This document shows, piece by piece, positions 12,315 through 27,690 of a DNA stretch of 64,000 nucleotides. A program made the position numbers and the translations under genes. The notes beneath the pieces were generated by a model, which saw nothing but the letters and a program-made list of their open reading frames with translations, was not told where the DNA came from and searched no databases. The stretch is from Auanema rhodensis. Lineage: Eukaryota > Animalia > Nematoda. The stretch covers positions 895,012 to 959,011 of the forward strand of contig CAXKVF010000074.1 of assembly GCA_964057225.1 (NCBI GenBank), read 5' to 3'. Numbering within the stretch: the first letter of the stretch is position 1; every line of letters begins with the position of its first letter.

Positions 12315-15300
12315 TGGTGCATGGTAACCATGACTTTGAAATTTACGTGAACTTTAATTTATGCTAATTAAATGTACACGTGATGTGCACTTGGTATGTA
12401 ACTCGCTTCACGTGAAAGATAAAGAGATGCGGTTTTCAAAATTAGATTCCCCATGTCCATATTAGTCTAAAAATAAATTTTTATTGATATTGGTGCATGG
12501 TAACCATGACTTTGAAATTTACGTGAACTTTAATTTATGCTAATTAAATGTACACGTGATGTGCACTTGGTATGTAACTCGCTTCACGTGAAAGATAAAG
12601 AGATGCGGTTTTCAAAATTAGATTCCCCATGTCCATATTAGTCTAAAAACGAATTTTTATTGATATTGGTTCATGGTAACCATGACTTTGAAATTTACGT
12701 GAACTTTAATTTATGCTAATTAAATGTACACGTGATGTGCACTTGGTATGTAACTCGCTTCACGTGAAAGATAAAGAGATGCGGTTTTCAAAATTAGATT
12801 CCCCATGTCCATATTAGTCTAAAAACAAATTTTTATTGATATTGGTTCATGGTAACCATGACTTTGAAATTTACGTGAACTTCAATTTATGCTAATTAAA
12901 TGTACACGTGATGTGCACTTGGTATGTAACTCGCTTCACGTGAAAGATAAAGAGATGCGGTTTTCAAAATTAGATTCCCCATGTCCATATTAGTCTAAAA
13001 ACAAATTTTTATTGATATTGGTGCATGGTAACCATGACTTTGAAATTTACGTGAACTTTAATTTATGCTAATTAAATGTACACGTGATGTGCACTTGGTA
13101 TGTAACTCGCTTCACGTGAAAGATAAAGAGATGCGGTTTTCAAAATTAGATTCCCCATGTCCATATTAGTCTAAAAACGAATTTTTATTGATATTGGTTC
13201 ATGGTAACCATGACTTTGAAATTTACGTGAACTTTAATTTATGCTAATTAAATGTACACGTGATGTGCACTTGGTATGTAACTCGCTTCACGTGAAAGAT
13301 AAAGAGATGCGGTTTTGAAAATTAGATTCCCCATGTCCATATTAGTCTAAAAACAAATTTTTATTGATATTGGTTCATGGTAACCATGACTTTGAAATTT
13401 ACGTGAACTTTAATTTATGCTAATTAAATGTACACGTGATGTGCACTTGGTATGTAACTCGCTTCACGTGAAAGATAAAGAGATGCGGTTTTCAAAATTA
13501 GATTCCCCATGTCCATATTAGTCTAAAAACAAATTTTTATTGATATTGGTTCATGGTAACCATGACTTTGAAATTTACGTGAACTTTAATTTATGCTAAT
13601 TAAATGTACACGTGATGTGCACTTGGTATGTAACTCGCTTCACGTGAAAGATAAAGAGATGCGGTTTTCAAAATTAGATTCCCCATGTCCATATTAGTCT
13701 AAAAACAAATTTTTATTGATATTGGTGCATGGTAACCATGACTTTGAAATTTACGTGAACTTTAATTTATGCTAATTAAATGTACACGTGATGTGCACTT
13801 GGTATGTAACTCGCTTCACGTGAAAGATAAAGAGATGCGGTTTTCAAAATTAAATTCCCCATGTCCATATTAGTCTAAGAACGAATTTTTATTGATATTA
13901 GTTCATGGTAACCATGACTTTGAAATTTACGTGAACTTTAATTTATGCTAATTAAATGTACACGTGATGTGCACTTGGTATGTAACTCGCTTCACGTGAA
14001 AGATAAAGAGATGCGGTTTTCAAAATTAGATTCCCCATGTCCATATTAGTCTAAAAACAAATTTTTATTGATATTGGTTCATGGTAACCATGACTTTGAA
14101 ATTTACGTGAACTTTAATTTATGCTAATTAAATGTACACGTGATGTGCACTTGGTATGTAACTCGCTTCACGTGAAAGATAAAGAGATGCGGTTTTCAAA
14201 ATTAGATTCCCCATGTCCATATTAGTCTAAAAACAAATTTTTCTTGATATTGGTTCATGGTAACCATGACTTTGAAATTTACGTGAACTTTAATTTATGC
14301 TAATTAAATGTACACGTGATGTGCACTTGGTATGTAACTCGCTTCACGTGAAAGATAAAGAGATGCGGTTTTCAAAATTAGATTCCCCATGTCCATATTA
14401 GTCTAAAAACAAATTTTTATTGCTATTAGTTCATGGTAACCATGACTTTGAAATTTACGTGAACTTTAATTTATGCTAATTAAATGTACACGTGATGTGC
14501 ACTTGGTATGTAACTCGCTTCACGTGAAAGATAAAGAGATGCGGTTTTCAAAATTAGATTCCCCATGTCCATATTAGTCTAAAAACAAATTTTTATTGAT
14601 ATTGGTTCATGGTAACCATGACTTTGCAATTTACGTGAACTTTAATTAATGCTAATTAAATGTACACGTGATGTGCACTTGGTATGTAACTCGCTTCACG
14701 TGAAAGATAAAGAGATGCGGTTTTCAAAATTAGATTCCCCATGTCCATATTAGTCTAAAAACAAATTTTTCTTGATATTGGTTCATGGTAACCATGACTT
14801 TGAAATTTACGTGAACTTTAATTTATGCTAATTAAATGTACACGTGATGTGCACTTGGTATGTAACTCGCTTCACGTGAAAGATAAAGAGATGCGGTTTT
14901 CAAAATTAGATTCCCCATGTCCATATTAGTCTAAAAACAAATTTTTATTGATATTAGTTCATGGTAACCATGACTTTGAAATTTACGTGAACTTTAATTT
15001 ATGCTAATTAAATGTACACGTGATGTGCACTTGGTATGTAACTCGCTTCACGTGAAAGATAAAGAGATGCGGTTTTCAAAATTAGATTCCCCATGTCCAT
15101 ATTAGTCTAAAAACGAATTTTTATTGATATTGGTTCATGGTAACCATGACTTTGAAATTTACGTGAACTTTAATTTATGCTAATTAAATGTACACGTGAT
15201 GTGCACTTGGTATGTAACTCGCTTCACGTGAAAGATAAAGAGATGCGGTTTTCAAAATTAGATTCCCCATGTCCATATTAGTCTAAAAACAAATTTTTAT

Positions 15301-18300
15301 TGATATTGGTGCATGGTAACCATGACTTTGAAATTTACGTGAACTTTAATTTATGCTAATTAAATGTACACGTGATGTGCACTTGGTATGTAACTCGCTT
15401 CACGTGAAAGATAAAGAGATGCGGTTTTCAAAATTAGATTCCCCATGTCCATATTAGTCTAAAAATAAATTTTTATTGATATTGGTGCATGGTAACCATG
15501 ACTTTGAAATTTACGTGAACTTTAATTTATGCTAATTAAATGTACACGTGATGTGCACTTGGTATGTAACTCGCTTCACGTGAAAGATAAAGAGATGCGG
15601 TTTTCAAAATTAGATTCCCCATGTCCATATTAGTCTAAAAACGAATTTTTATTGATATTGGTTCATGGTAACCATGACTTTGAAATTTACGTGAACTTTA
15701 ATTTATGCTAATTAAATGTACACGTGATGTGCACTTGGTATGTAACTCGCTTCACGTGAAAGATAAAGAGATGCGGTTTTCAAAATTAGATTCCCCATGT
15801 CCATATTAGTCTAAAAACAAATTTTTATTGATATTGGTTCATGGTAACCATGACTTTGAAATTTACGTGAACTTTAATTTATGCTAATTAAATGTACACG
15901 TGATGTGCACTTGGTATGTAACTCGCTTCACGTGAAAGATAAAGAGATGCGGTTTTCAAAATTAGATTCCCCATGTCCATATTAGTCTAAAAACAAATTT
16001 TTATTGATATTGGTGCATGGTAACCATGACTTTGAAATTTACGTGAACTTTAATTTATGCTAATTAAATGTACACGTGATGTGCACTTGGTATGTAACTC
16101 GCTTCACGTGAAAGATAAAGAGATGCGGTTTTCAAAATTAGATTCCCCATGTCCATATTAGTCTAAAAACGAATTTTTATTGATATTGGTTCATGGTAAC
16201 CATGACTTTGAAATTTACGTGAACTTTAATTTATGCTAATTAAATGTACACGTGATGTGCACTTGGTATGTAACTCGCTTCACGTGAAAGATAAAGAGAT
16301 GCGGTTTTGAAAATTAGATTCCCCATGTCCATATTAGTCTAAAAACAAATTTTTATTGATATTGGTTCATGGTAACCATGACTTTGAAATTTACGTGAAC
16401 TTTAATTTATGCTAATTAAATGTACACGTGATGTGCACTTGGTATGTAACTCGCTTCACGTGAAAGATAAAGAGATGCGGTTTTCAAAATTAGATTCCCC
16501 ATGTCCATATTAGTCTAAAAACAAATTTTTATTGATATTGGTTCATGGTAACCATGACTTTGAAATTTACGTGAACTTTAATTTATGCTAATTAAATGTA
16601 CACGTGATGTGCACTTGGTATGTAACTCGCTTCACGTGAAAGATAAAGAGATGCGGTTTTCAAAATTAGATTCCCCATGTCCATATTAGTCTAAAAACAA
16701 ATTTTTATTGATATTGGTGCATGGTAACCATGACTTTGAAATTTACGTGAACTTTAATTTATGCTAATTAAATGTACACGTGATGTGCACTTGGTATGTA
16801 ACTCGCTTCACGTGAAAGATAAAGAGATGCGGTTTTCAAAATTAAATTCCCCATGTCCATATTAGTCTAAGAACGAATTTTTATTGATATTGGTTCATGG
16901 TAACCATGACTTTGAAATTTACGTGAACTTTAATTTATGCTAATTAAATGTACACGTGATGTGCACTTGGTATGTAACTCGCTTCACGTGAAAGATAAAG
17001 AGATGCGGTTTTCAAAATTAGATTCCCCATGTCCATATTAGTCTAAAAACAAATTTTTATTGATATTGGTTCATGGTAACCATGACTTTGAAATTTACGT
17101 GAACTTTAATTTATGCTAATTAAATGTACACGTGATGTGCACTTGGTATGTAACTCGCTTCACGTGAAAGATAAAGAGATGCGGTTTTCAAAATTAGATT
17201 CCCCATGTCCATATTAGTCTAAAAACAAATTTTTATTGATATTGGTTCATGGTAACCATGACTTTGAAATTTACGTGAACTTTAATTTATGCTAATTAAA
17301 TGTACACGTGATGTGCACTTGGTATGTAACTCGCTTCACGTGAAAGATAAAGAGATGCGGTTTTCAAAATTAGATTCCCCATGTCCATATTAGTCTAAAA
17401 ACAAATTTTTATTGATATTGGTGCATGGTAACCATGACTTTGAAATTTACGTGAACTTTAATTTATGCTAATTAAATGTACACGTGATGTGCACTTGGTA
17501 TGTAACTCGCTTCACGTGAAAGATAAAGAGATGCGGTTTTCAAAATTAAATTCCCCATGTCCATATTAGTCTAAAAACAAATTTTTATTGATATTGGTTC
17601 ATGGTAACCATGACTTTGAAATTTACGTGAACTTTAATTTATGCTAATTAAATGTACACGTGATGTGCACTTGGTATGTAACTCGCTTCACGTGAAAGAT
17701 AAAGAGATGCGGTTTTCAAAATTAGATTCCCCATGTCCATATTAGTCTTAAAACAAATTTTTATTGATATTGGTTCATGGTAACCATGACTTTGAAATTT
17801 ACGTGAACTTTAATTTATGCTAATTAAATGTACACGTGATGTGCACTTGTTATGTAACTCGCTTCACGTGAAAGATAAAGAGATGCGGTTTTCAAAATTA
17901 GATTCCCCATGTCCATATTAGTCTAAAAACAAATTTTTATTGATATTAGTTCATGGTAACCATGACTTTGAAATTTACGTGAACTTTAATTTATGCTAAT
18001 TAAATGTACACGTGATGTGCACTTGGTATGTAACTCGCTTCACGTGAAAGATAAAGAGATGCGGTTTTCAAAATTAGATTCCCCATGTCCATATTAGTCT
18101 AAAAACAAATTTTTATTGATATTGGTGCATGGTAACCATGACTTTGAAATTTACGTGAACTTTAATTTATGCTAATTAAATGTACACGTGATGTGCACTT
18201 GGTATGTAACTCGCTTCACGTGAAAGATAAAGAGATGCGGTTTTCAAAATTAGATTCCCCATGTCCATATTAGTCTAAAAACAAATTTTTATTGATATTG

Positions 18301-21300
18301 GTGCATGGTAACCATGACTTTGAAATTTACGTGAACTTTAATTTATGCTAATTAAATGTACACGTGATGTGCACTTGGTATGTAACTCGCTTCACGTGAA
18401 AGATAAAGAGATGCGGTTTTCAAAATTAGATTCCCCATGTCCATATTAGTCTAAAAACAAATTTTTATTGATATTGGTTCATGGTAACCATGACTTTGAA
18501 ATTTACGTGAACTTTAATTTATGCTAATTAAATGTATACGTGATGTGCACTTGGTATGTAACTCGCTTCACGTGAAAGATAAAGAGATGCGGTTTTCAAA
18601 ATTAGATTCCCCATGTCCATATTAGTCTAAAAACAAATTTTTATTGATATTGGTTCATGGTAACCATGACTTTGAAATTTACGTGAACTTTAATTTATGC
18701 TAATTAAATGTATACGTGATGTGCACTTGGTATGTAACTCGCTTCACGTGAAAGATAAAGAGATGCAGTTTTCAAAATTAGATTCCCCATGTCCATATTA
18801 GTCTAAAAACAAATTTTTATTGATATTGGTTCATGGTAACCATGACTTTGAAATTTACGTGAACTTTAATTTATGCTAATTAAATGTACACGTGATGTGC
18901 ACTTGGTATGTAACTCGCTTCACGTGAAAGATAAAGAGATGCGGTTTTCAAAATTAGATTCCCCATGTCCATATTAGTCTAAAAACAAATTTTTCTTGAT
19001 ATTGGTTCATGGTAACCATGACTTTGAAATTTACGTGAACTTTAATTTATGCTAATTAAATGTACACGTGATGTGCACTTGGTATGTAACTCGCTTCACG
19101 TGAAAGATAAAGAGATGCGGTTTTCAAAATTAGATTCCCCATGTCCATATTAGTCTAAAAACAAATTTTTATTGATATTGGTGCATGGTAACCATGACTT
19201 TGAAATTTACGTGAACTTTAATTTATGCTAATTAAATGTACACGTGATGTGCACTTGGTATGTAACTCGCTTCACGTGAAAGATAAAGAGATGCGGTTTT
19301 CAAAATTAAATTCCCCATGTCCATATTAGTCTAAAAACAAATTTTTATTGATATTGGTTCATGGTAACCATGACTTTGAAATTTACGTGAACTTTAATTT
19401 ATGCTAATTAAATGTACACGTGATGTGCACTTGGTATGTAACTCGCTTCACGTGAAAGATAAAGAGATGCGGTTTTCAAAATTAGATTCCCCATGTCCAT
19501 ATTAGTCTTAAAACAAATTTTTATTGATATTGGTTCATGGTAACCATGACTTTGAAATTTACGTGAACTTTAATTTATGCTAATTAAATGTACACGTGAT
19601 GTGCACTTGGTATGTAACTCGCTTCACGTGAAAGATAAAGAGATGCGGTTTTCAAAATTAGATTCCCCATGTCCATATTAGTCTAAAAACAAATTTTTAT
19701 TGATATTAGTTCATGGTAACCATGACTTTGAAATTTACGTGAACTTTAATTTATGCTAATTAAATGTACACGTGATGTGCACTTGGTATGTAACTCGCTT
19801 CACGTGAAAGATGAAGAGATGCGGTTTTCAAAATTAGATTCCCCATGTCCATATTAGTCTAAAAACAAATTTTTATTGATATTGGTGCATGGTAACCATG
19901 ACTTTGAAATTTACGTGAACTTTAATTTATGCTAATTAAATGTACACGTGACGTGCACTTGGTATGTAACTCGCTTCACGTGAAAGATAAAGAGATGCGG
20001 TTTTCAAAATTAGATTCCCCATGTCCATATTAGTCTAAAAACAAATTTTTATTGATATTGGTGCATGGTAACCATGACTTTGAAATTTACGTGAACTTTA
20101 ATTTATGCTAATTAAATGTACACGTGATGTGCACTTGGTATGTAACTCGCTTCACGTGAAAGATAAAGAGATGCGGTTTTCAAAATTAGATTCCCCATGT
20201 CCATATTAGTCTAAAAACAAATTTTTATTGATATTGGTTCATGGTAACCATGACTTTGAAATTTACGTGAACTTTAATTTATGCTAATTAAATGTATACG
20301 TGATGTGCACTTGGTATGTAACTCGCTTCACGTGAAAGATAAAGAGATGCGGTTTTCAAAATTAGATTCCCCATGTCCATATTAGTCTAAAAACAAATTT
20401 TTATTGATATTGGTTCATGGTAACCATGACTTTGAAATTTACGTGAACTTTAATTTATGCTAATTAAATGTATACGTGATGTGCACTTGGTATGTAACTC
20501 GCTTCACGTGAAAGATAAAGAGATGCAGTTTTCAAAATTAGATTCCCCATGTCCATATTAGTCTAAAAACAAATTTTTATTGATATTGGTTCATGGTAAC
20601 CATGACTTTGAAATTTACGTGAACTTTAATTTATGCTAATTAAATGTACACGTGATGTGCACTTGGTATGTAACTCGCTTCACGTGAAAGATAAAGAGAT
20701 GCGGTTTTCAAAATTAGATTCCCCATGTCCATATTAGTCTAAAAACAAATTTTTCTTGATATTGGTTCATGGTAACCATGACTTTGAAATTTACGTGAAC
20801 TTTAATTTATGCTAATTAAATGTACACGTGATGTGCACTTGGTATGTAACTCGCTTCACGTGAAAGATAAAGAGATGCGGTTTTCAAAATTAGATTCCCC
20901 ATGTCCATATTAGTCTAAAAACGAATTTTTATTGATATTGGTTCATGGTAACCATGACTTTGAAATTTACGTGAACTTTAATTTATGCTAATTAAATGTA
21001 CACGTGATGTGCACTTGGTATGTAACTCGCTTCACGTGAAAGATAAAGAGATGCGGTTTTCAAAATTAGATTCCCCATGTCCATATTAGTCTAAAAACAA
21101 ATTTTTATTGATATTGGTGCATGGTAACCATGACTTTGAAATTTACGTGAACTTTAATTTATGCTAATTAAATGTACACGTGATGTGCACTTGGTATGTA
21201 ACTCGCTTCACGTGAAAGATAAAGAGATGCGGTTTTCAAAATTAGATTCCCCATGTCCATATTAGTCTAAAAATAAATTTTTATTGATATTGGTGCATGG

Positions 21301-24300
21301 TAACCATGACTTTGAAATTTACGTGAACTTTAATTTATGCTAATTAAATGTACACGTGATGTGCACTTGGTATGTAACTCGCTTCACGTGAAAGATAAAG
21401 AGATGCGGTTTTCAAAATTAGATTCCCCATGTCCATATTAGTCTAAAAACGAATTTTTATTGATATTGGTTCATGGTAACCATGACTTTGAAATTTACGT
21501 GAACTTTAATTTATGCTAATTAAATGTACACGTGATGTGCACTTGGTATGTAACTCGCTTCACGTGAAAGATAAAGAGATGCGGTTTTCAAAATTAGATT
21601 CCCCATGTCCATATTAGTCTAAAAACAAATTTTTATTGATATTGGTTCATGGTAACCATGACTTTGAAATTTACGTGAACTTTAATTTATGCTAATTAAA
21701 TGTACACGTGATGTGCACTTGGTATGTAACTCGCTTCACGTGAAAGATAAAGAGATGCGGTTTTCAAAATTAGATTCCCCATGTCCATATTAGTCTAAAA
21801 ACAAATTTTTATTGATATTGGTGCATGGTAACCATGACTTTGAAATTTACGTGAACTTTAATTTATGCTAATTAAATGTACACGTGATGTGCACTTGGTA
21901 TGTAACTCGCTTCACGTGAAAGATAAAGAGATGCGGTTCTCAAAATTAGATTCCCCATGTCCATATTAGTCTAAAAACGAATTTTTATTGATATTGGTTC
22001 ATGGTAACCATGACTTTGAAATTTACGTGAACTTTAATTTATGCTAATTAAATGTACACGTGATGTGCACTTGGTATGTAACTCGCTTCACGTGAAAGAT
22101 AAAGAGATGCGGTTTTGAAAATTAGATTCCCCATGTCCATATTAGTCTAAAAACAAATTTTTATTGATATTGGTTCATGGTAACCATGACTTTGAAATTT
22201 ACGTGAACTTTAATTTATGCTAATTAAATGTACACGTGATGTGCACTTGGTATGTAACTCGCTTCACGTGAAAGATAAAGAGATGCGGTTTTCAAAATTA
22301 GATTCCCCATGTCCATATTAGTCTAAAAACAAATTTTTATTGATATTGGTTCATGGTAACCATGACTTTGAAATTTACGTGAACTTTAATTTATGCTAAT
22401 TAAATGTACACGTGATGTGCACTTGGTATGTAACTCGCTTCACGTGAAAGATAAAGAGATGCGGTTTTCAAAATTAGATTCCCCATGTCCATATTAGTCT
22501 AAAAACAAATTTTTATTGATATTGGTGCATGGTAACCATGACTTTGAAATTTACGTGAACTTTAATTTATGCTAATTAAATGTACACGTGATGTGCACTT
22601 GGTATGTAACTCGCTTCACGTGAAAGATAAAGAGATGCGGTTTTCAAAATTAAATTCCCCATGTCCATATTAGTCTAAGAACGAATTTTTATTGATATTG
22701 GTTCATGGTAACCATGACTTTGAAATTTACGTGAACTTTAATTTATGCTAATTAAATGTACACGTGATGTGCACTTGGTATGTAACTCGCTTCACGTGAA
22801 AGATAAAGAGATGCGGTTTTCAAAATTAGATTCCCCATGTCCATATTAGTCTAAAAACAAATTTTTATTGATATTGGTTCATGGTAACCATGACTTTGAA
22901 ATTTACGTGAACTTTAATTTATGCTAATTAAATGTACACGTGATGTGCACTTGGTATGTAACTCGCTTCACGTGAAAGATAAAGAGATGCGGTTTTCAAA
23001 ATTAGATTCCCCATGTCCATATTAGTCTAAAAACAAATTTTTATTGATATTGGTTCATGGTAACCATGACTTTGAAATTTACGTGAACTTTAATTTATGC
23101 TAATTAAATGTACACGTGATGTGCACTTGGTATGTAACTCGCTTCACGTGAAAGATAAAGAGATGCGGTTTTCAAAATTAGATTCCCCATGTCCATATTA
23201 GTCTAAAAACAAATTTTTATTGATATTGGTGCATGGTAACCATGACTTTGAAATTTACGTGAACTTTAATTTATGCTAATTAAATGTACACGTGATGTGC
23301 ACTTGGTATGTAACTCGCTTCACGTGAAAGATAAAGAGATGCGGTTTTCAAAATTAAATTCCCCATGTCCATATTAGTCTAAAAACAAATTTTTATTGAT
23401 ATTGGTTCATGGTAACCATGACTTTGAAATTTACGTGAACTTTAATTTATGCTAATTAAATGTACACGTGATGTGCACTTGGTATGTAACTCGCTTCACG
23501 TGAAAGATAAAGAGATGCGGTTTTCAAAATTAGATTCCCCATGTCCATATTAGTCTTAAAACAAAATTTTTATTGATATTGGTTCATGGTAACCATGACT
23601 TTGAAATTTACGTGAACTTTAATTTATGCTAATTAAATGTACACGTGATGTGCACTTGGTATGTAACTCGCTTCACGTGAAAGATAAAGAGATGCGGTTT
23701 TCAAAATTAGATTCCCCATGTCCATATTAGTCTAAAAACAAATTTTTATTGATATTAGTTCATGGTAACCATGACTTTGAAATTTACGTGAACTTTAATT
23801 TATGCTAATTAAATGTACACGTGATGTGCACTTGGTATGTAACTCGCTTCACGTGAAAGATGAAGAGATGCGGTTTTCAAAATTAGATTCCCCATGTCCA
23901 TATTAGTCTAAAAACAAATTTTTATTGATATTGGTGCATGGTAACCATGACTTTGAAATTTACGTGAACTTTAATTTATGCTAATTAAATGTATACGTGA
24001 TGTGCACTTGGTATGTAACTCGCTTCACGTGAAAGATAAAGAGATGCGGTTTTCAAAATTAGATTCCCCATGTCCATATTAGTCTAAAAACAAATTTTTA
24101 TTGATATTGGTTCATGGTAACCATGACTTTGAAATTTACGTGAACTTTAATTTATGCTAATTAAATGTATACGTGATGTGCACTTGGTATGTAACTCGCT
24201 TCACGTGAAAGATAAAGAGATGCAGTTTTCAAAATTAGATTCCCCATGTCCATATTAGTCTAAAAACAAATTTTTATTGATATTGGTTCATGGTAACCAT

Positions 24301-26395
24301 GACTTTGAAATTTACGTGAACTTTAATTTATGCTAATTAAATGTACACGTGATGTGCACTTGGTATGTAACTCGCTTCACGTGAAAGATAAAGAGATGCG
24401 GTTTTCAAAATTAGATTCCCCATGTCCATATTAGTCTAAAAACAAATTTTTCTTGATATTGGTTCATGGTAACCATGACTTTGAAATTTACGTGAACTTT
24501 AATTTATGCTAATTAAATGTACACGTGATGTGCACTTGGTATGTAACTCGCTTCACGTGAAAGATAAAGAGATGCGGTTTTCAAAATTAGATTCCCCATG
24601 TCCATATTAGTCTAAAAACGAATTTTTATTGATATTGGTTCATGGTAACCATGACTTTGAAATTTACGTGAACTTTAATTTATGCTAATTAAATGTACAC
24701 GTGATGTGCACTTGGTATGTAACTCGCTTCACGTGAAAGATAAAGAGATGCGGTTTTCAAAATTAGATTCCCCATGTCCATATTAGTCTAAAAACAAATT
24801 TTTATTGATATTGGTGCATGGTAACCATGACTTTGAAATTTACGTGAACTTTAATTTATGCTAATTAAATGTACACGTGATGTGCACTTGGTATGTAACT
24901 CGCTTCACGTGAAAGATAAAGAGATGCGGTTTTCAAAATTAGATTCCCCATGTCCATATTAGTCTAAAAATAAATTTTTATTGATATTGGTGCATGGTAA
25001 CCATGACTTTGAAATTTACGTGAACTTTAATTTATGCTAATTAAATGTACACGTGATGTGCACTTGGTATGTAACTCGCTTCACGTGAAAGATAAAGAGA
25101 TGCGGTTTTCAAAATTAGATTCCCCATGTCCATATTAGTCTAAAAACGAATTTTTATTGATATTGGTTCATGGTAACCATGACTTTGAAATTTACGTGAA
25201 CTTTAATTTATGCTAATTAAATGTACACGTGATGTGCACTTGGTATGTAACTCGCTTCACGTGAAAGATAAAGAGATGCGGTTTTCAAAATTAGATTCCC
25301 CATGTCCATATTAGTCTAAAAACAAATTTTTATTGATATTGGTTCATGGTAACCATGACTTTGAAATTTACGTGAACTTTAATTTATGCTAATTAAATGT
25401 ACACGTGATGTGCACTTGGTATGTAACTCGCTTCACGTGAAAGATAAAGAGATGCGGTTTTCAAAATTAGATTCCCCATGTCCATATTAGTCTAAAAACA
25501 AATTTTTATTGATATTGGTGCATGGTAACCATGACTTTGAAATTTACGTGAACTTTAATTTATGCTAATTAAATGTACACGTGATGTGCACTTGGTATGT
25601 AACTCGCTTCACGTGAAAGATAAAGAGATGCGGTTCTCAAAATTAGATTCCCCATGTCCATATTAGTCTAAAAACGAATTTTTATTGATATTGGTTCATG
25701 GTAACCATGACTTTGAAATTTACGTGAACTTTAATTTATGCTAATTAAATGTACACGTGATGTGCACTTGGTATGTAACTCGCTTCACGTGAAAGATAAA
25801 GAGATGCGGTTTTGAAAATTAGATTCCCCATGTCCATATTAGTCTAAAAACAAATTTTTATTGATATTGGTTCATGGTAACCATGACTTTGAAATTTACG
25901 TGAACTTTAATTTATGCTAATTAAATGTACACGTGATGTGCACTTGGTATGTAACTCGCTTCACGTGAAAGATAAAGAGATGCGGTTTTCAAAATTAGAT
26001 TCCCCATGTCCATATTAGTCTAAAAACAAATTTTTATTGATATTGGTTCATGGTAACCATGACTTTGAAATTTACGTGAACTTTAATTTATGCTAATTAA
26101 ATGTACACGTGATGTGCACTTGGTATGTAACTCGCTTCACGTGAAAGATAAAGAGATGCGGTTTTCAAAATTAGATTCCCCATGTCCATATTAGTCTAAA
26201 AACAAATTTTTATTGATATTGGTGCATGGTAACCATGACTTTGAAATTTACGTGAACTTTAATTTATGCTAATTAAATGTACACGTGATGTGCACTTGGT
26301 ATGTAACTCGCTTCACGTGAAAGATAAAGAGATGCGGTTTTCAAAATTAAATTCCCCATGTCCATATTAGTCTAAGAACGAATTTTTATTGATAT
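12315..26395 (+). repeat. Dispersed 9-monomer module present four times (12315-13898, 15307-16890, 21115-22698, 24812-26395)
   Basis: C160T at 12474/15466/21274/24971; C123G at 13317/16309/22117/25814; a G131A+A157G+A161G monomer at 13853/16845/22653/26350. Offsets are 2992 (17 monomers), 5808 (33) and 3697 (21, +1 bp). Confidence 0.93.
17243..20762 (+). repeat. Tandem 10-mer higher-order duplication (2 x 1760 bp); related copies near 23.2-24.5 kb (shortened) and 26.7-28.5 kb
   Basis: G131A 17549/19309, A155T 17749/19509, G2A 17948/19708, C63T 18537/20297 and 18713/20473, G117A 18767/20527, A169C 18995/20755. Confidence 0.92.
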
Positions 26396-27690
26396 TGGTT
26401 CATGGTAACCATGACTTTGAAATTTACGTGAACTTTAATTTATGCTAATTAAATGTACACGTGATGTGCACTTGGTATGTAACTCGCTTCACGTGAAAGA
26501 TAAAGAGATGCGGTTTTCAAAATTAGATTCCCCATGTCCATATTAGTCTAAAAACAAATTTTTATTGATATTGGTTCATGGTAACCATGACTTTGAAATT
26601 TACGTGAACTTTAATTTATGCTAATTAAATGTACACGTGATGTGCACTTGGTATGTAACTCGCTTCACGTGAAAGATAAAGAGATGCGGTTTTCAAAATT
26701 AGATTCCCCATGTCCATATTAGTCTAAAAACAAATTTTTATTGATATTGGTTCATGGTAACCATGACTTTGAAATTTACGTGAACTTTAATTTATGCTAA
26801 TTAAATGTACACGTGATGTGCACTTGGTATGTAACTCGCTTCACGTGAAAGATAAAGAGATGCGGTTTTCAAAATTAGATTCCCCATGTCCATATTAGTC
26901 TAAAAACAAATTTTTATTGATATTGGTGCATGGTAACCATGACTTTGAAATTTACGTGAACTTTAATTTATGCTAATTAAATGTACACGTGATGTGCACT
27001 TGGTATGTAACTCGCTTCACGTGAAAGATAAAGAGATGCGGTTTTCAAAATTAAATTCCCCATGTCCATATTAGTCTAAAAACAAATTTTTATTGATATT
27101 GGTTCATGGTAACCATGACTTTGAAATTTACGTGAACTTTAATTTATGCTAATTAAATGTACACGTGATGTGCACTTGGTATGTAACTCGCTTCACGTGA
27201 AAGATAAAGAGATGCGGTTTTCAAAATTAGATTCCCCATGTCCATATTAGTCTTAAAACAAATTTTTATTGATATTGGTTCATGGTAACCATGACTTTGA
27301 AATTTACGTGAACTTTAATTTATGCTAATTAAATGTACACGTGATGTGCACTTGGTATGTAACTCGCTTCACGTGAAAGATAAAGAGATGCGGTTTTCAA
27401 AATTAGATTCCCCATGTCCATATTAGTCTAAAAACAAATTTTTATTGATATTAGTTCATGGTAACCATGACTTTGAAATTTACGTGAACTTTAATTTATG
27501 CTAATTAAATGTACACGTGATGTGCACTTGGTATGTAACTCGCTTCACGTGAAAGATGAAGAGATGCGGTTTTCAAAATTAGATTCCCCATGTCCATATT
27601 AGTCTAAAAACAAATTTTTATTGATATTGGTGCATGGTAACCATGACTTTGAAATTTACGTGAACTTTAATTTATGCTAATTAAATGTAC
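20240..27690 (+). repeat. Tandem 21-mer duplication (~3.7-kb unit)
   Basis: Offset 3697 for C63T (20297/23994), C160T (21274/24971) and C123G (22117/25814). T121C occurs only at 21939 and 25636. Confidence 0.9.
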